DNA from: Neophaeotheca triangularis
Taxonomy: Eukaryota
Direction of reading: 5' to 3'
Assembly (NCBI GenBank): GCA_054600435.1
Contig: BAAIJX010000010.1
Coordinates: forward strand, 496,001-560,000
DNA length: 64,000 bases
The first letter of the stretch is position 1. Each line of letters opens with the position of its first letter. A program made the position numbers and the translations under genes. This document shows, one piece after another, positions 1-13,117 of the stretch. The notes under the pieces are model-generated. The model did not search any database and was not told the DNA's origin. It saw nothing but the letters and a program-made list of their open reading frames with translations.

Positions 1-951
1 TTGACCTCGAGCTCGACGAACGGAACAGTCCCGCTTCTGGTACCCTTCCAAAGCGATGTTGATCCTAGTCCCCTCTGCATACATGGACTGCATTCGAGCC
101 TCCAAATCCTTGTTAGTGGTTTCCAGCACCTCGCTCTTTGCTCTCTCGAGACTCAGCTGTGCCAGGAGAGACTCGATCGTAATCGTGTCCAGCGCGGGAA
201 TCATGGCGTCGTCTTGAACCTGGAAAGAAGGCGAGCCGCAGTCTACGGGGAAGTTTGGAGTGTCGAAATTTGGTGGGCAGGTATGTGTTGTTGCTCGTTC
301 GTGGCGAGGTGGCGTGGACTCTGCTTCCTGCACTGCAACGGCTTGCGCTGAGCGTCCGGGCTGGAACGAGTGATTTCCGTACCTGTGGATGAGGTGAGAG
401 CTAGCGTTGGAAGGACTCGAGTCGTAAGCGCCAGTATGGTCGTCAGGGCAGGACCACAGACGAGTGGGAACTCGCTCCGACGCTCCAGGGTTAGAGAACG
501 TGCCAGTCGGCCTCAGCACGTCGCCTATGTTCAGCCCAGAGCGGAGTCCCGCACGGCCATACCCAATCGCTGATGTAGGCGTCTGAAATTCTCTCCAAGC
601 TCCCACCGACGCTCGCTCCCTATCCCGCTGCTCCGCCCACACGCGCACACATTCCTCAACCACGGCCTGGTCCCTTCTGTGCCTGTTACATAAAGACCAC
701 GAAGCTAGCTGCCCCGACAGCTCCAAGCGCTCGTCATCGGGAAACAAGCACCACTTCTCGAGCAAGTCTTGGCGGATTTTTCGTGCGAGCACTTTCGCTC
801 TCGCCCGGTCTTTCCCGGGGCCGTCGCAGTATCTGAGATTGCGGCAGCGCTTGACATCTCCCTTCTTCTTGCCGGTCTCGGTGTCGTCGCAGTAAGGGCA
901 CTGTTCGTCGAAGTTCTCGGAGCTTAGGGGGCAGATCTCGAAGAGGCTCAT
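1..951 (-). CDS. Hypothetical protein, 3'-truncated by the window edge; tandem paralog of 1555-2553 (N-terminal Cys/His motif, C-terminal coiled-coil-like segment)
   Basis: Missing from the ORF track because it has no stop in the window. ATG at 951 and the frame is open to base 1. MSLFEICPLSSENFDEQCP..KRC..YCD..LCNRH aligns by eye with MTLFIQVPLSSKSFDKQCP..KRC..HCD..LCSAH of the neighbour. Confidence 0.75.
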   Translation of the reverse strand, partial: MSLFEICPLSSENFDEQCPYCDDTETGKKKGDVKRCRNLRYCDGPGKDRARAKVLARKIRQDLLEKWCLFPDDERLELSGQLASWSLCNRHRRDQAVVEECVRVWAEQRDRERASVGAWREFQTPTSAIGYGRAGLRSGLNIGDVLRPTGTFSNPGASERVPTRLWSCPDDHTGAYDSSPSNASSHLIHRYGNHSFQPGRSAQAVAVQEAESTPPRHERATTHTCPPNFDTPNFPVDCGSPSFQVQDDAMIPALDTITIESLLAQLSLERAKSEVLETTNKDLEARMQSMYAEGTRINIALEGYQKRDCSVRRARGQ

Positions 952-1554
952 GTCGGCCTGTGTTGAGCAAGGCTCCTTGGTAGAGTCGAAAGGTGGCCGA
1001 GTGATGGGATGGCGTAATAGAGATGGAGAGACGGGAAGCTTAGAGCCTGAGGGAGAGAGAAGTTTATTTAATATTACTTGGTGTGGTCAAGTGAGACATG
1101 ACTTAGACATATAGCTAACATGAGGCTATGTATACTCCTAAGACAGCTCTGGCAAAGTGTGTAGGACCTTTAGGCTAGAGATGGACTTGACGGATCACAA
1201 GTTGTTCGATGTCTTAAGACGATGTCTTTCGTTGCGCTTAGAAGGGACGCAAGGTCTGGACTCTGACAACTGAGACTGGATCAATTGCATTGCAGTGGAG
1301 GATTGTAATCTCGTCATCGGGAAAATCCTACCTATCTCGATGAGCACCCATGCCGAGCAATGTTGGCTTGGTGTCCGAAGAACTCGAACGAGGCCGACTT
1401 GAATTATGTTCCAGCAGGAGAAGCGACTCCCCGCGCATCGACAACGAGAGACCTCCCCTTTCCGCTCCCCCCTCCCATAAGATGGCACCTTAGACAAGCT
1501 CCCATCACATCACAAACGTCACGAAACAGCTGCCAACCCCCATCCCTCGACTCT

Positions 1555-2553
1555 CTACCTAAAAGCAATCTCGCGGATACTCTTAAGCCTGCTTTCCAAA
1601 ATCCGCTTCTGCGTAGAAAGCTTCTTGTTCTCCCTACGAGCGGCTCCGAGCTCTCGCTCTTGAAGCGTCAGACGAGCCATCATGCGATCCACCTGCCGGT
1701 CCTCGTTGCGACTTGTGTTGGAAGCGCGAGCGCCGTCCGAGGATGGTGACGAAAGGATGGATTGAGCGTTGGATCGGGTGTTGTGGGCGACTATGGGCTG
1801 CGTAACGGATGAAGCCTCGGAGGTGTCGGAGTCGGACGAGGTGTCGGAATCGGTTGATGGTTCGGATGAGATGCTTTGAGTCCTTGGCTTGACTTCTGAT
1901 GGTCTGGCGCCCGCTCCGCGCAGGTTGAGGTCAGCGTTTCCGGGATCTTTGACCCGGTGGGGTGGTAGAGCGTAAGACGGGCGAGCGGGGTCTGTAGCCG
2001 ATCGTGTTGTCTTTGTGGTCGCTTTGCGGTTGCCGTGGGAGCCAGTCCAGAAAGCCAGCTCGTCGTGCGATATGGACGATTCATGTGGTGAGCCAGCCCT
2101 TGAGACCGCTGGCTGGATTGTCTGGCGTCGCCCGTTCCTAGTGGATGCCGGCTCTACCGAGGCTTTGGCGGAAAGTGATGAGGATGAAGCAGGTAGAGTT
2201 TCGCCTCGACGCGAAGCTTTCACAGCCTCCTCGTCCTGCTTCTGCCGCAACAAAGTGTGTACGAATTCTTCATTCAGTCCCGGGTTGAGGTAATGGGCGC
2301 TGCATAACACAGGCGCGATCTGTTCGGCATGTCTTAAGCGCTGACTCTCAGGGAGAGTGCTCCATTGAAGGTCTAGGAGGGCTTTAGCAACATGGACGGT
2401 CTCTTTGTAGTGTTTGCGATTTGGATGATCGCAATGGCGTTTCTTTGGGCAGCGCTTGCTTTCGTCTCCGCTCGTTGATTTTCTGGTGTCGCGGAGAGGG
2501 CATTGCTTGTCAAAGGATTTGGAGCTCAGGGGCACCTGTATAAAGAGAGTCAT
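1555..2553 (-). CDS. Hypothetical protein, 332 aa: Cys/His-containing N-terminus, S/T/P-rich middle, C-terminal coiled coil
   Basis: Long single-exon ORF; paralogy with 1-951 supports coding status. Confidence 0.75.
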   Translation of the reverse strand: MTLFIQVPLSSKSFDKQCPLRDTRKSTSGDESKRCPKKRHCDHPNRKHYKETVHVAKALLDLQWSTLPESQRLRHAEQIAPVLCSAHYLNPGLNEEFVHTLLRQKQDEEAVKASRRGETLPASSSSLSAKASVEPASTRNGRRQTIQPAVSRAGSPHESSISHDELAFWTGSHGNRKATTKTTRSATDPARPSYALPPHRVKDPGNADLNLRGAGARPSEVKPRTQSISSEPSTDSDTSSDSDTSEASSVTQPIVAHNTRSNAQSILSSPSSDGARASNTSRNEDRQVDRMMARLTLQERELGAARRENKKLSTQKRILESRLKSIREIAFR

Positions 2554-4704
2554 GATGTGCGATGTGCGAGAAAATGTGAGTGAAGATTTTGGTAAAAGGG
2601 AACAAAAGAGAAGTCGGTGCCTGGGCCATTTAATAGCATACCTTATAATGCTGCTCTTGAAGACAACGCTCTGTAAGACACTAGATACCGATGATTGTCT
2701 GAAACCGCTGCCAGAACAACACTACATGTTAGGAGACAGCACAACACTGAAGGCGATGTTCGGCAGCGGAGAGTCTTCGCCGTACGACAAGTAGCAAGTC
2801 TAGAGTGACTGTACGAGACATGCACGCATCGGCTGCCTATTGTCTAGTCCATTGTCCACTCTTTCGACGAGCGGCGTAAGGGGGTCTGAGTATCGCCGGC
2901 AATTTGAATCGGTCTGCTACTCATGCTTGAAGAACTGAGACGGCCCCAGATGGGAGGGCGGGTTTGCAGGTTCTGGTATCGTCCCATACATATTGCCTGG
3001 ATGTTTGGAGCTGCTCATTGTATTAGAGGCTGTAATTTGTACTCTTGGGTCGGCAGAATGAGATTGACAGCTAGGTACAATAGATGAGGCATCACGGGGA
3101 GATTGTTGAAGACCTAGTCACGGGTCTCCCCAGGTCGTGATGATTCTGTTGCTGGAGAAGAGAAGCAAGAGAAGTCAAGTGAAGCTCAGAGCATGCCAAG
3201 CCAAAGTCATCCAGTCTTGGCAAAGCAGTTTGTTATCTTATCTTATCTTATCTCCCACATCAACCTTCCAATTAGGGAAAAGCCAAGTGCGTGTTATGAG
3301 AAGCTTCAGATTCTTCGCTATAGCATCACCACAAAACATTCACTCAAGATACCTTATCAACACCTCTATACCTCTATCAGCAAAAAGATTTTTTTTGCTG
3401 ATTGACACTAATTAATGCGGGTGTTGCCCTCACAATGATCAACAGTTGATCTCCAGCCCACGGTCCACCCTCCCTGAAGCTCTAGGGGGGGTTGCCATAG
3501 TAGATGTTCCGGATATAGCCCATTAGGACCTCCGGATATGGCATTGCCGTACAATAATAACAAGGTGGGTTGTTGCTCTGAGAACGGACAGAAGAAGCGA
3601 ACAGGCTTCCAGTATGATTCGCCAGCGCCTACTTCGAGGTAGCACCAAATTCGCTACAAACCTTGGCTCGCTCCAACCCGTATTCCATGGGCCTCCTAAA
3701 GCCGATGCAATCATTAGACACCACGAGGAAAAACATTAGGCACCTATAGCAGTAGCTTGCCAGGACCTCCTCATTACATACAAGTTTTTGCTAACTTCAG
3801 GCAGAGTTGTGCCTCCCGTGTGTATTCCTAGACTTCAGCAGCACACTTTTTCTCTACCGCTCATTGAGGGACTAAATCCCTGCTCAAATCGTTACAGGGC
3901 TCCATGCTTGATCTAGAAAGCGGTTTGCGGCAAAGCGAACCGCCGCCCTTACTTCACCTTCTCGCCAATGCTCGCGGTCGAGACCTTGCAAGATCATGCA
4001 CGCTAGCACGTTAGGAGGCAATGCTGTCACCAACCCATTCCCCATATGATGTGCCGTCAAGCCTTTCCCTCGGAATGCAATAGCAACCAATGCTTGATTC
4101 TATACTGCAGGCGTGCTGCAGCAGACGATGAAAGTTGACCAATGGCCCACGACACTCTCCAGTCGGCTTGTCCACACCAACCACTAAGCCAACCCTACCT
4201 TTTGTTCCCGAGTGTAAGGGAAGAGCTAATGGCTTTGACCCCCTGTGCAAGGACATGTTCAGCCTAGGAAGAGGGGAACATGGTACTCGCGTTGCGCCCA
4301 TCGAAGTGGCTTGGTAGAGCTATCACAGCGTACATTCTGAGAGGGTGTGAGGACAGAGGTGTAAGATTGTAATTCCCAACAGGAGGAGCCTCTCGAGGTA
4401 TGGCCTATCCACTAGCTGCAATCCAGAGTACTGGCGCTTGACCACAAAGGGAGCAATCATGTTCAATGCGGTGCAATGATCCCCGGGGCAAGCAGCTGAG
4501 GGAGCGATTTCATGACACCATTGGCCTACGTCGATCAGATCCACACTTTAGACGCGAGATTCTTCTCACTTGGCTCATTCCAAGACGCTGTTGACAACTA
4601 TGTCGCGACTGATTCGGCGAGGGTGCCAGTGCTACATCAGTATCTTGTTCGCGCAACGGACACCATCAGCATCTGTCATGGTTCTACTGCGGCGAAGTAC
4701 AACA

Positions 4705-7700
4705 ATGCGTCTTTTTGGGTTGCTAGGGTGCGCGCTCACCCTACTTCGCTATGGCAAAGCCCATTCAACAGGTATGTGTGTATGCGGGCCGATGGGTGAC
4801 GTTGTTCGTCGCTGACCACCTCTTGATTTGACGCCTGTTGTGATCACGGTATCCATCTATCCCTCGACATGTTCTCTACCGTCGTATTCGCCGTTCGAAA
4901 CGACAAATGGGTTCGATACAACGACTCGCAGCTCATCCTCCGCTATCTCTATCTCCCGTCCGGAGACGCTACAGGAGGTTTCTGAGATTTCGACACCGAA
5001 TATTCTGACAACAACCGTACCCCCGACATATTCATGGTCGCTTTCGCCCAGCTTCCTACCGACTAGCACGTTGTACACCCCTTCTCGCTCTACTAATGTA
5101 GGGGGTATGACTCCGCTCAGCACCATGGCATATGGGAGCGGGAGCGAAGATATTGACTCAGCAACTGCGTATCTATCGTCACAGGTGCCAACTCCAACAG
5201 CAACATGCGCGCTCGCGTCTGCCTCTAGCATTTCCTGCCCTACCTCGAACGGAACTATCTTCACTCCGACTGGCCGCTGTATTGGTGGTGACGATAGCTT
5301 TGAGGTCATCTGCGGCTGGGACTTCTTGGGTGCGGAATATCTTGTCGTCACGGGCGCTTCCACCATGGAAGGATGCATCAACCTTTGCAACCAAGACCCA
5401 GGTTGCCAGGCTGTCGCTTACGATACCATCCTCGATCATTGTTACCAGAAAAGCGATATGGTGATGGGCAATGCCATTTTCAGCCCGAGCGTTATCTTTG
5501 CGTTCAGATATGGCTCGGACCTCGGTGGCATTGTCTCTTCGACCAGCACGTCATTTGTATTGTCCACCGTCGACCTAGAAAGCACCTCCGCATCCAGTAT
5601 TGCCGCTCCAATCACGACGCCCGACTTTGGCTCAAGCAGCACCATCGAGTCGCCCAGCATTGCACTGTCTACCACGACTTCTTTCCCTCTCGAACCAACT
5701 GCACCTCTCGTTTCCAGCCTCACTTCCATTAACTCATTCACGGTCTCCACTGACGATCAAACCTTTCCCGCGCCTTCGCCGAGCACCCCAGCTGTTCCCA
5801 ACTACATTTGCCCGACCGTCGACGGACAATCCGTCGAAGACCAATATGGGACCACGTTCACTATTGATTGCAACGCCGACGCTGTTGATACTGTTGGCAG
5901 CGACCGCAAGATCAAGTCCCGTGCGATTGAGAACTACTATGCAGAATTTGAAGCCAGCTCATCATGGAACGAATGCTTCGAATTTTGCCGCAACAACCCT
6001 TCGTCGAACGGGGAGTGTGCGTCCTTCACGTACGCTGGTTTCAGTGATGAAAACGGCCCGGGCATTTGTTACCTCAAGGACGGAATTAGCCAAACGTTCC
6101 TGGAGAACGATACAGGAGAGATTCGTATCGCTGCAATCAAGTTGGCATACTACGTCGAAGAGTCGTCGCCAACTCTCGATGTTGTTGTAACAAATCCGAG
6201 TTCTCGTACTTTGTTCGGCGACTCCCTCGAACTACAGACTTTGGCCCCGACGACTCAGAGTGCGGTCGCAGACCAATCATTCACTACAGACGTTTCGCTT
6301 ACGGTCTTTGAGAGCACGCATTCTGTTTCGATCACCGGTATTTCCCTAACGGACAGCGCAAGTGCGCTCGATAGCACTACTCTCGCACCCTTGCCTACAA
6401 GCAGCGGAGACGGCGACTCATTTCCATCACGGACTACCTCTACTTCCGACACTGGATCCGGTCTCTCATCACCTGCATCTTCGATGTCAAATAGCCAGAT
6501 CCTACTTGAAAGCGAATCAATTGCCATTGCGTCGAGCAGTGAGCAAGAAAGCACTTCGTTCAGCATCACGGCGGATTTCAGCACCGATGCCTCGGAAACC
6601 CACCTCACCCAAAGCACCACTCCCTCTCTACTGGCCACCCCGAGCCTAAGTATTTCGCCCAACACCACCATGGCCTTCATCACTGGCAGCTCGGACATCG
6701 ACGAGGTATTAAGTATTACAGCTACTTCAACAACTAGCTCAGTTACGACCTTTTCCGCAACCACATCGTACTCAACTCTTCTCGCGATTCCTTCATCATC
6801 TCAGTCCTTTGGCAGCTCCGACTCGACGGTGTTTACGACTTCTTCGCAAAATCCGCCATCCTTTAGCCAAAGCTCTACATCTTATGTAACGCCCTCGTTG
6901 CTCCCGAACAACGGAAGCTCGAATCTCACATCTTCTTCGACTAGCTCAGCTTGGAGCACATCTACCTTTGACGGACTCCTTCCCTCCAGTACGCAAAGCT
7001 CATCAAGTTGCGCGAGGCCAACCTCCGAGCCACAACAAGAAATTTGCCCAGAAGCTCACGGCACATCTTACACGCTGTCTGACGGTTCTGCCTGGGAAAT
7101 ACGTTGTGGATACGGTACATTGGGGGGGTTCGGAAGAGTTGTTACTCGAGAGCGGAACTTCGAAGCGTGCATCACCCGCTGCTCTCAAATAGGTCCCGCA
7201 GCCTGTATGTCTGTGGACTGGGTTCCTGATAGGGTGGGACTTGAGTCGGAATGCTCTCTCGAGCCGCTTTCGCGGAATATTTTCGCATGGACGGATCAGC
7301 CCTCTGCGGCCGTTCGCGCTACAGCACACCGAGCAGAATCTTTTCCTATCTGCCCCCAAGACGATAGCGCCGTCTATTTTCAGCCGGGAGGCTCTCAGTA
7401 CGAGATTCTTTGCGATCAAACTCTTGATGCTGAATGGACACACACTGTTCTACGCCAACCATCGCTTGCGGCGTGTGCAAGAGCTTGTGAGGCTTGGTCG
7501 GACTGTGTTGGAATCTCGCACGTCCTCTCTCCCACTGAAGAGGAAGGCTGCTTTCTCAAGATGACTTGGGCGACCACAGTGGCTCCTCTTGATGGGTTTG
7601 TTGTTGTTTCGGCTCTGAAGCAACGACCGCCGGTCTGCGACGGCAGTGACGGAACCGTGTATTCCAAGGAGAACGGCGCTTCTTTTGAGGTCAAATGCAA

Positions 7701-10700
7701 CATGCAACTATACGACCCGAATCCTAACCCTGAGCAGAGTTCTGTGCAGACCTCTCTACAAGCGTGCATTGACAGCTGCGACGAGCTCCCGGCTGGCGCT
7801 TGCGACGGCGGTGTTACCTGGATACCTCGTGGGCGTGACCAGCAGCTGTAGGTCTACATACTGAGAAAACTACCCGATAACACGTCAGAATGCTAATGTG
7901 GACGGCTAGGTGTTTTTACAAGAGATCAGCATCCTTGACCGAAATACCTTTCAGTAGCGATCAAGGCGAAATACACTCAGCGCTTCGGCTCACGGCAGCA
8001 TCATCTGACCCTCCGATATCTGATTCGCTCGATGCGACTGGGTACCAGCCACCGACGGATGGTTCACAGGTACTCGTCAATGGCGATTTCTCCAGCGGCG
8101 GACTTGAACCCTGGCAGAATACAAGACACTCGTCCTTATCTTATGCCGTTGTCAATGAACACGAGTTGTAAGTCGTATCTCCCAAAGCAGTCGTATTATT
8201 GCGCTGAACAACTATCAGGTATGTTGCGTTCAGCCTTCCGTATGGTGACTATTACGATGCAGCACCCGTTGTCCAGGAATTCGGCGTCTCCGAGAGCGAA
8301 GGGCAAACTTGGTTCTTCGCCGCCGACATCTCGGTCAATATTCCAGAAGGATCCGATATGACTTGCCATGTCATGGCATTCACAGACTATGATGCTGTTC
8401 TTGAAGGCAGAACTTACACGACGTCCGGATCTCACGTGGTATCTGGCCAAGGCTACTTCAGCGAATGCGCTTCGCGGGTGACCCTTTGGTCTGCTTGCAG
8501 AGGCAGCAGCCGCGGCACGGCAAGCCTGACGTGGGATAATGTTCGTTTGTACTTGGGTGGCACCCTGACCGAGCCAGAGCCTGCAACAACGGCCTCAGAA
8601 CCAACCTTTGTCACTCCCTCCAGCACCTCCGGATCCGACTCCGTGATCGTCTCCACGTCATCCACAGCGCCTTCAGAAGCTGAAACTGGTGCAGCTTGCC
8701 CTGTTCCCTCCGCTTGCCCTAGCCCTACGCCCAGCCCCGAGCTTCTTTGCCCAGGTGTTGATAGGACAACGTACACGCAGCCGGACGGATCTACCTGGGA
8801 GATCTACTGTGACCATCGAACAGCTACATTCCCTTATGAAATCGTCAGCCAGCTCCCAACCCTGAACGCCTGTCTAGAGAGCTGCAATCGTGTCGGCACA
8901 GCCATTTGTTCTGGCTTTGACTGGGTCCCCCCTTGGTCTCCGGGGCTTGGTCGTGGATTGTAAGTTCACTGCAAGACCTATCTTTCCTGACCTGTCCTTG
9001 AACCTAACCGCGGACAACAGCTGCATCTTCAAACCTGCTGGCATTGTCCCCTATCGTCAGGTTGGCACCCATGCAGTAGTCCGCAGGTCCGGCCCGGACT
9101 CACCCCAGCCTACCCAGACCTCTTCCAGCCAGAATTTGGCCTCAACTTGCAGCGCCCAGGTGCTTATCAACCCAGACTTCAATACAAGCTCAATCGAGCC
9201 TTGGCAGCGTGACGAGGCTTCAGGTTTCGCCCAATTTCAGTTGCAGAACAGCGCCGTGTAAGTTTCCTATTGCTGGACTTTGGAGGCAGAGTACTGGAGA
9301 AGATCAGGAGCTAATGAACAAACCAGGTCTATCAGCTATCGGGCGAATAGCGTCAATGTTGACCCTTTAATATTGCGTCAAGATTTTACTCCCGCTGCCA
9401 ATGCAGATGACTACTGGTCACTGACGGCTGCTGTAACGGTTGCGTCGTCAGGCGGCAATATCGTTTGTTTCGCCGCGATTTACACCGACTACGAGATGAT
9501 ACAAAACACCATAGTCTATCGGAGCCCGGGCAGCTATAATATCGAGGCTAGTGGCATTTTGGCTAATTGCGCAAATAGATTGACGTTGTGGGCTGCTTGT
9601 GAAGGGCCCGACGCCAGCACGTTTGCTTGGGACAGCGTCGAGCTCGCTGTGCTATCTGGCCAGATTGAGGGGCCGCTCCTGCCCGCTACGCCAAGTCCAA
9701 GTGATGTGGTGAGCTCGACTCCAACGTCGTCTTGCGTGGTCGCCGGCGCTCCTCCAGTCGGGGAGCAAGCGCTCCAGAATGGCGATTTTGTTCAAGGGTT
9801 TGATCACTGGAACATCGAGAACCAATCACCACAGTCGCAAACCGTCACTGTGGAGGATGGTCAAGCGTAAGTCTGATGAAGTCGACTTCTGTGTCCAGTC
9901 AATTCAGCTAATAGGCTTTGAAGCGTTGTGCGCATGGTCCCGAATAACGTCCAAGAGCGCAACCAAGCTCTCCTCACACAAACTCTACCCTTCCCACTCT
10001 CGGGCCGATCTTGGGAGTTTACCGCTGACATTGGCGTGACCATTTTGCCCTCATCCAGCTTGTCCGTCAGCAGCTGCAGGGTGTACATCTACGCAACCTT
10101 TTCCACCATACTGATACTCGATGTCCGAGAGACATCGAACCAATTCAGTGCTGACGAAGTGCAGAGTGGCCGTTTCCCAGAGCTCGATTCGGACGAAGAC
10201 GTACTTTCGATCCAAACCAGGTGCTCTGCCGATACCGAGGTCGTGGTGACTCTGGATAACTTGAACCTCATTGTGTACCAGCCAACGTGCCCCGATACGC
10301 CATCCTTGGCAGTACCGACGGCGACACTTACCTCCACTGACAGCGCCGCTGAGCCGGACCCTACGAGTGGCGCCGCCCCTGAGGAGCGATCGGTACAACT
10401 GCTTCGCAACAACGATTTTAGCAGCGGTATATTCGAGCCTTGGGCGCTTGGCGAACCAGTCTGGAACAGGGGTAGCTCACACGAGATTAATGAAGGGGCA
10501 TTGTAAGTATGGCTTTCCGAACGCAGCGAGCTTTTCAGGCTAATGTTACTAGGGTTGTGCGATACGACCGCCCGCAAAGCTCTTCGCGTTTCTACCAACG
10601 AGTTGACCCCAGGCTCACGAGGTTTGTGGCGGATGGACAAGAAATGTGGCTGAATATAGACATGAGCATAGAGCCTTTGACTGCAGAGTCCGGGGAGCCA

Positions 10701-11956
10701 TCATGCTATGTGGAAGCTGCAATGATATCGGACCAAAATGCGTACGGCCATGGATTCGTCGAACAATTCGAGTTTGATGATGCAGTCTCTCTCCGCTTGA
10801 CAAAACCGCTCCACCGACGAACAGAACGCTTTCAAGTGAACACACACTGCTATACCGCAGCGACGATCCGGTATGACAATATTTACTTGTCAGTTCCGCC
10901 TATACCGCGACAAAGGGTTGTCCAGGTCATTAGAAACTCAGAATTCAGCGATGGCACATTCGCACCATGGCGGCTTACGGGTTTCGGACATCAAGCCAGT
11001 GCCAACAATGGTAGACTGTAAGCCCATTTTCTGCGCTGGCTCATGCCTGGTGGGCCTAGAACTAACCTGCATGCAGTGAGTTTCAACTACTCAGCGGCGA
11101 AATGATCCTCGAACAAGTCGACCCCGTTCCATATGCTCGGCCAGGCGCGGTCGGAAATCTACGGTTTGACCTGCGATTCGATTTTGACAACAGCAGAGGA
11201 GAGTCGTGTCAAGTCGGAGCGAGCAATGCCCGGTTGCAGGAGATCTTCCTCCGCCGGGTAGACGCATCTGAGCTCGTTGAGGTGCAAGAAGCTTTCCTCT
11301 ACAATGACCCTGGTTCTACCATCAGAATTACCATCAGTTGCACCGGAGTGGCGAGTGGTTGGATCGATAACATCTTTCTCGACGTCGAGGCCGGGGATTA
11401 CGAGACTGAGGAGGAGGCCACAACTGAGGTGGATGACGGGAGGACCCAGTTGGTGCAGAACAGTGCTTTTAGGAGCAATGTTCTTGACCCATGGACCCTT
11501 TCGACCGTCCAATCAGCTTCTCACCAGGTCCAAAATGAAGCGCTGTAAGTCGCCTCGCTCACTTGCCGTGCATACATATTCTAACTTGACCGCAGCGTCA
11601 CGATCCACAACGGGGGCGAAAACGAAAAAAGCTCGGTCACTGCTTCAACGTCTTTCGACGAGTCCCTTACGGAAGCCGGACAACCCTGGATCTTGTCAGC
11701 CGATGTTAGCTTCTACGTGGCGACCTTGCGCGGCTCATGCAGTGTTCAGATCCGCGATTCATCTGGCAGCGTGCAATACGTTTTCGAGACTCTACAAACA
11801 CAGGCTTTCGCAATCTTGGAAAGAGGTGTACTTCGAGCGCCAACGTCAACGCTCTCTCTCACTGCCACCTGCAGTGGCGGCTCGAGCGTCACCTGGGACA
11901 ACATACTCTTTTCCGTGCCCCGGATCGCCGGACAGGAACTGGGAATGATCGAATGA
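4705..11956 (+). CDS. Giant secreted mucin-like modular protein A (about 6 PAN/Apple-like and about 6 CBM4/9-like modules; about 2250 aa; 10 exons); first intron acceptor is abnormal
   Basis: Signal-peptide exon 4705-4771 (MRLFGLLGCALTLLRYGKA). Donors at 4772, 7848, 8168, 8960, 9258, 9867, 10503, 11018 and 11545; splicing joins the track ORFs in frame. Repeated CP..G..Y....G..(W/F)EI.C..C...C and L.N.DF..G...PW...DN motifs. Confidence 0.8.
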
Positions 11957-13117
11957 ACGTCGATAAGCCTTCGTTTTGGTAGAGTCGGGAATTCTCAGTG
12001 AAAGGAACACTTTTCGACTTCCCTTGCCTGCGGGAGCGGTCGGTCTATTCTGCAATCAAGTAAAAAGGGGCTGACCCGGAAGCGTTGTTGTGTTAGGTGT
12101 TTCGTCCTTGGTTTTGAAAAAGGCATTTTCACGGCATATGGGTCCACTATGTGTACGTGAGTAGGTAGTTTCAAAGTCGCTTCGATGACGGGAGTCAACC
12201 TTACGACCTCGGTGTTGTAATATGCAGCGGCACGAACTCGATTAATTAATTACTAAGGACTAAACTAGGTACTTGCAGCAAAGCCTGTAAAGACAGGTTG
12301 CAGCTTCTGCCTTAGGCATGCGCTGTCACGTACTGTGCAGTACAGCTCAATACAACACTCGGGACCGTCTCAGAGAGGTCTTGGCAGTGCTGAACACAAG
12401 GCAGGTGAACCGAGCCGGGTTCTACCCGAAGCACTGCCGTCTTCTTGGCTGTCCGTCCTCCAGCAACCTCATCCCTCCCTTTCCTCCGCTCTTCATTTGA
12501 TCCTATGCCCAATGGCATCTTGTATCTCATCTTACAACTTCAAGGTGGTTCAACGTAAGACATGCACGATGAAAGGACGTCACCATTTAGTCGTACAACT
12601 TCTCGAAGCTAGTGATCCCGGGTTTATTAACCTTGTCACATCGAGCAGGCGGTCAACAATCTACTCTAGGTCGGATACTCTTGCAGAAGGCGATTTACAG
12701 ATTTCGGTGGCTGAGCATGCTATTCAATGAAACGTGGCCAAGTTTCGGTTCTTTTCTCCCTGGCACGCGGGTCACCAGCATAATGGATCGACCGGCTGTC
12801 TCTGGAATGCTACATCTCTCAGCATCGCCTGCGTTACAGCGGACCAGGCAGCCTTGGCCCGCGGTCCATGGGAGAATCAAGAAATGCCGTTGGGCGATTT
12901 AACGGCATTGCTGAGGAGGCTCCGTCTCTTAAGCCTCAAACTTAGAACTTGGCTCATTCCATTTGAGGCTCTACTCGCCACTTACGAGTTCGCGTCTCTG
13001 ACGCGCTGTCAACGCGATGCGCTCGGCGCGAGATCTTGGATGGTACATTTTTCTACATTCGTTTTCCCATCATGCTAATCCGCTTCATTCGTGGCATCGT
13101 GCTACTCAGCGGGGAAA

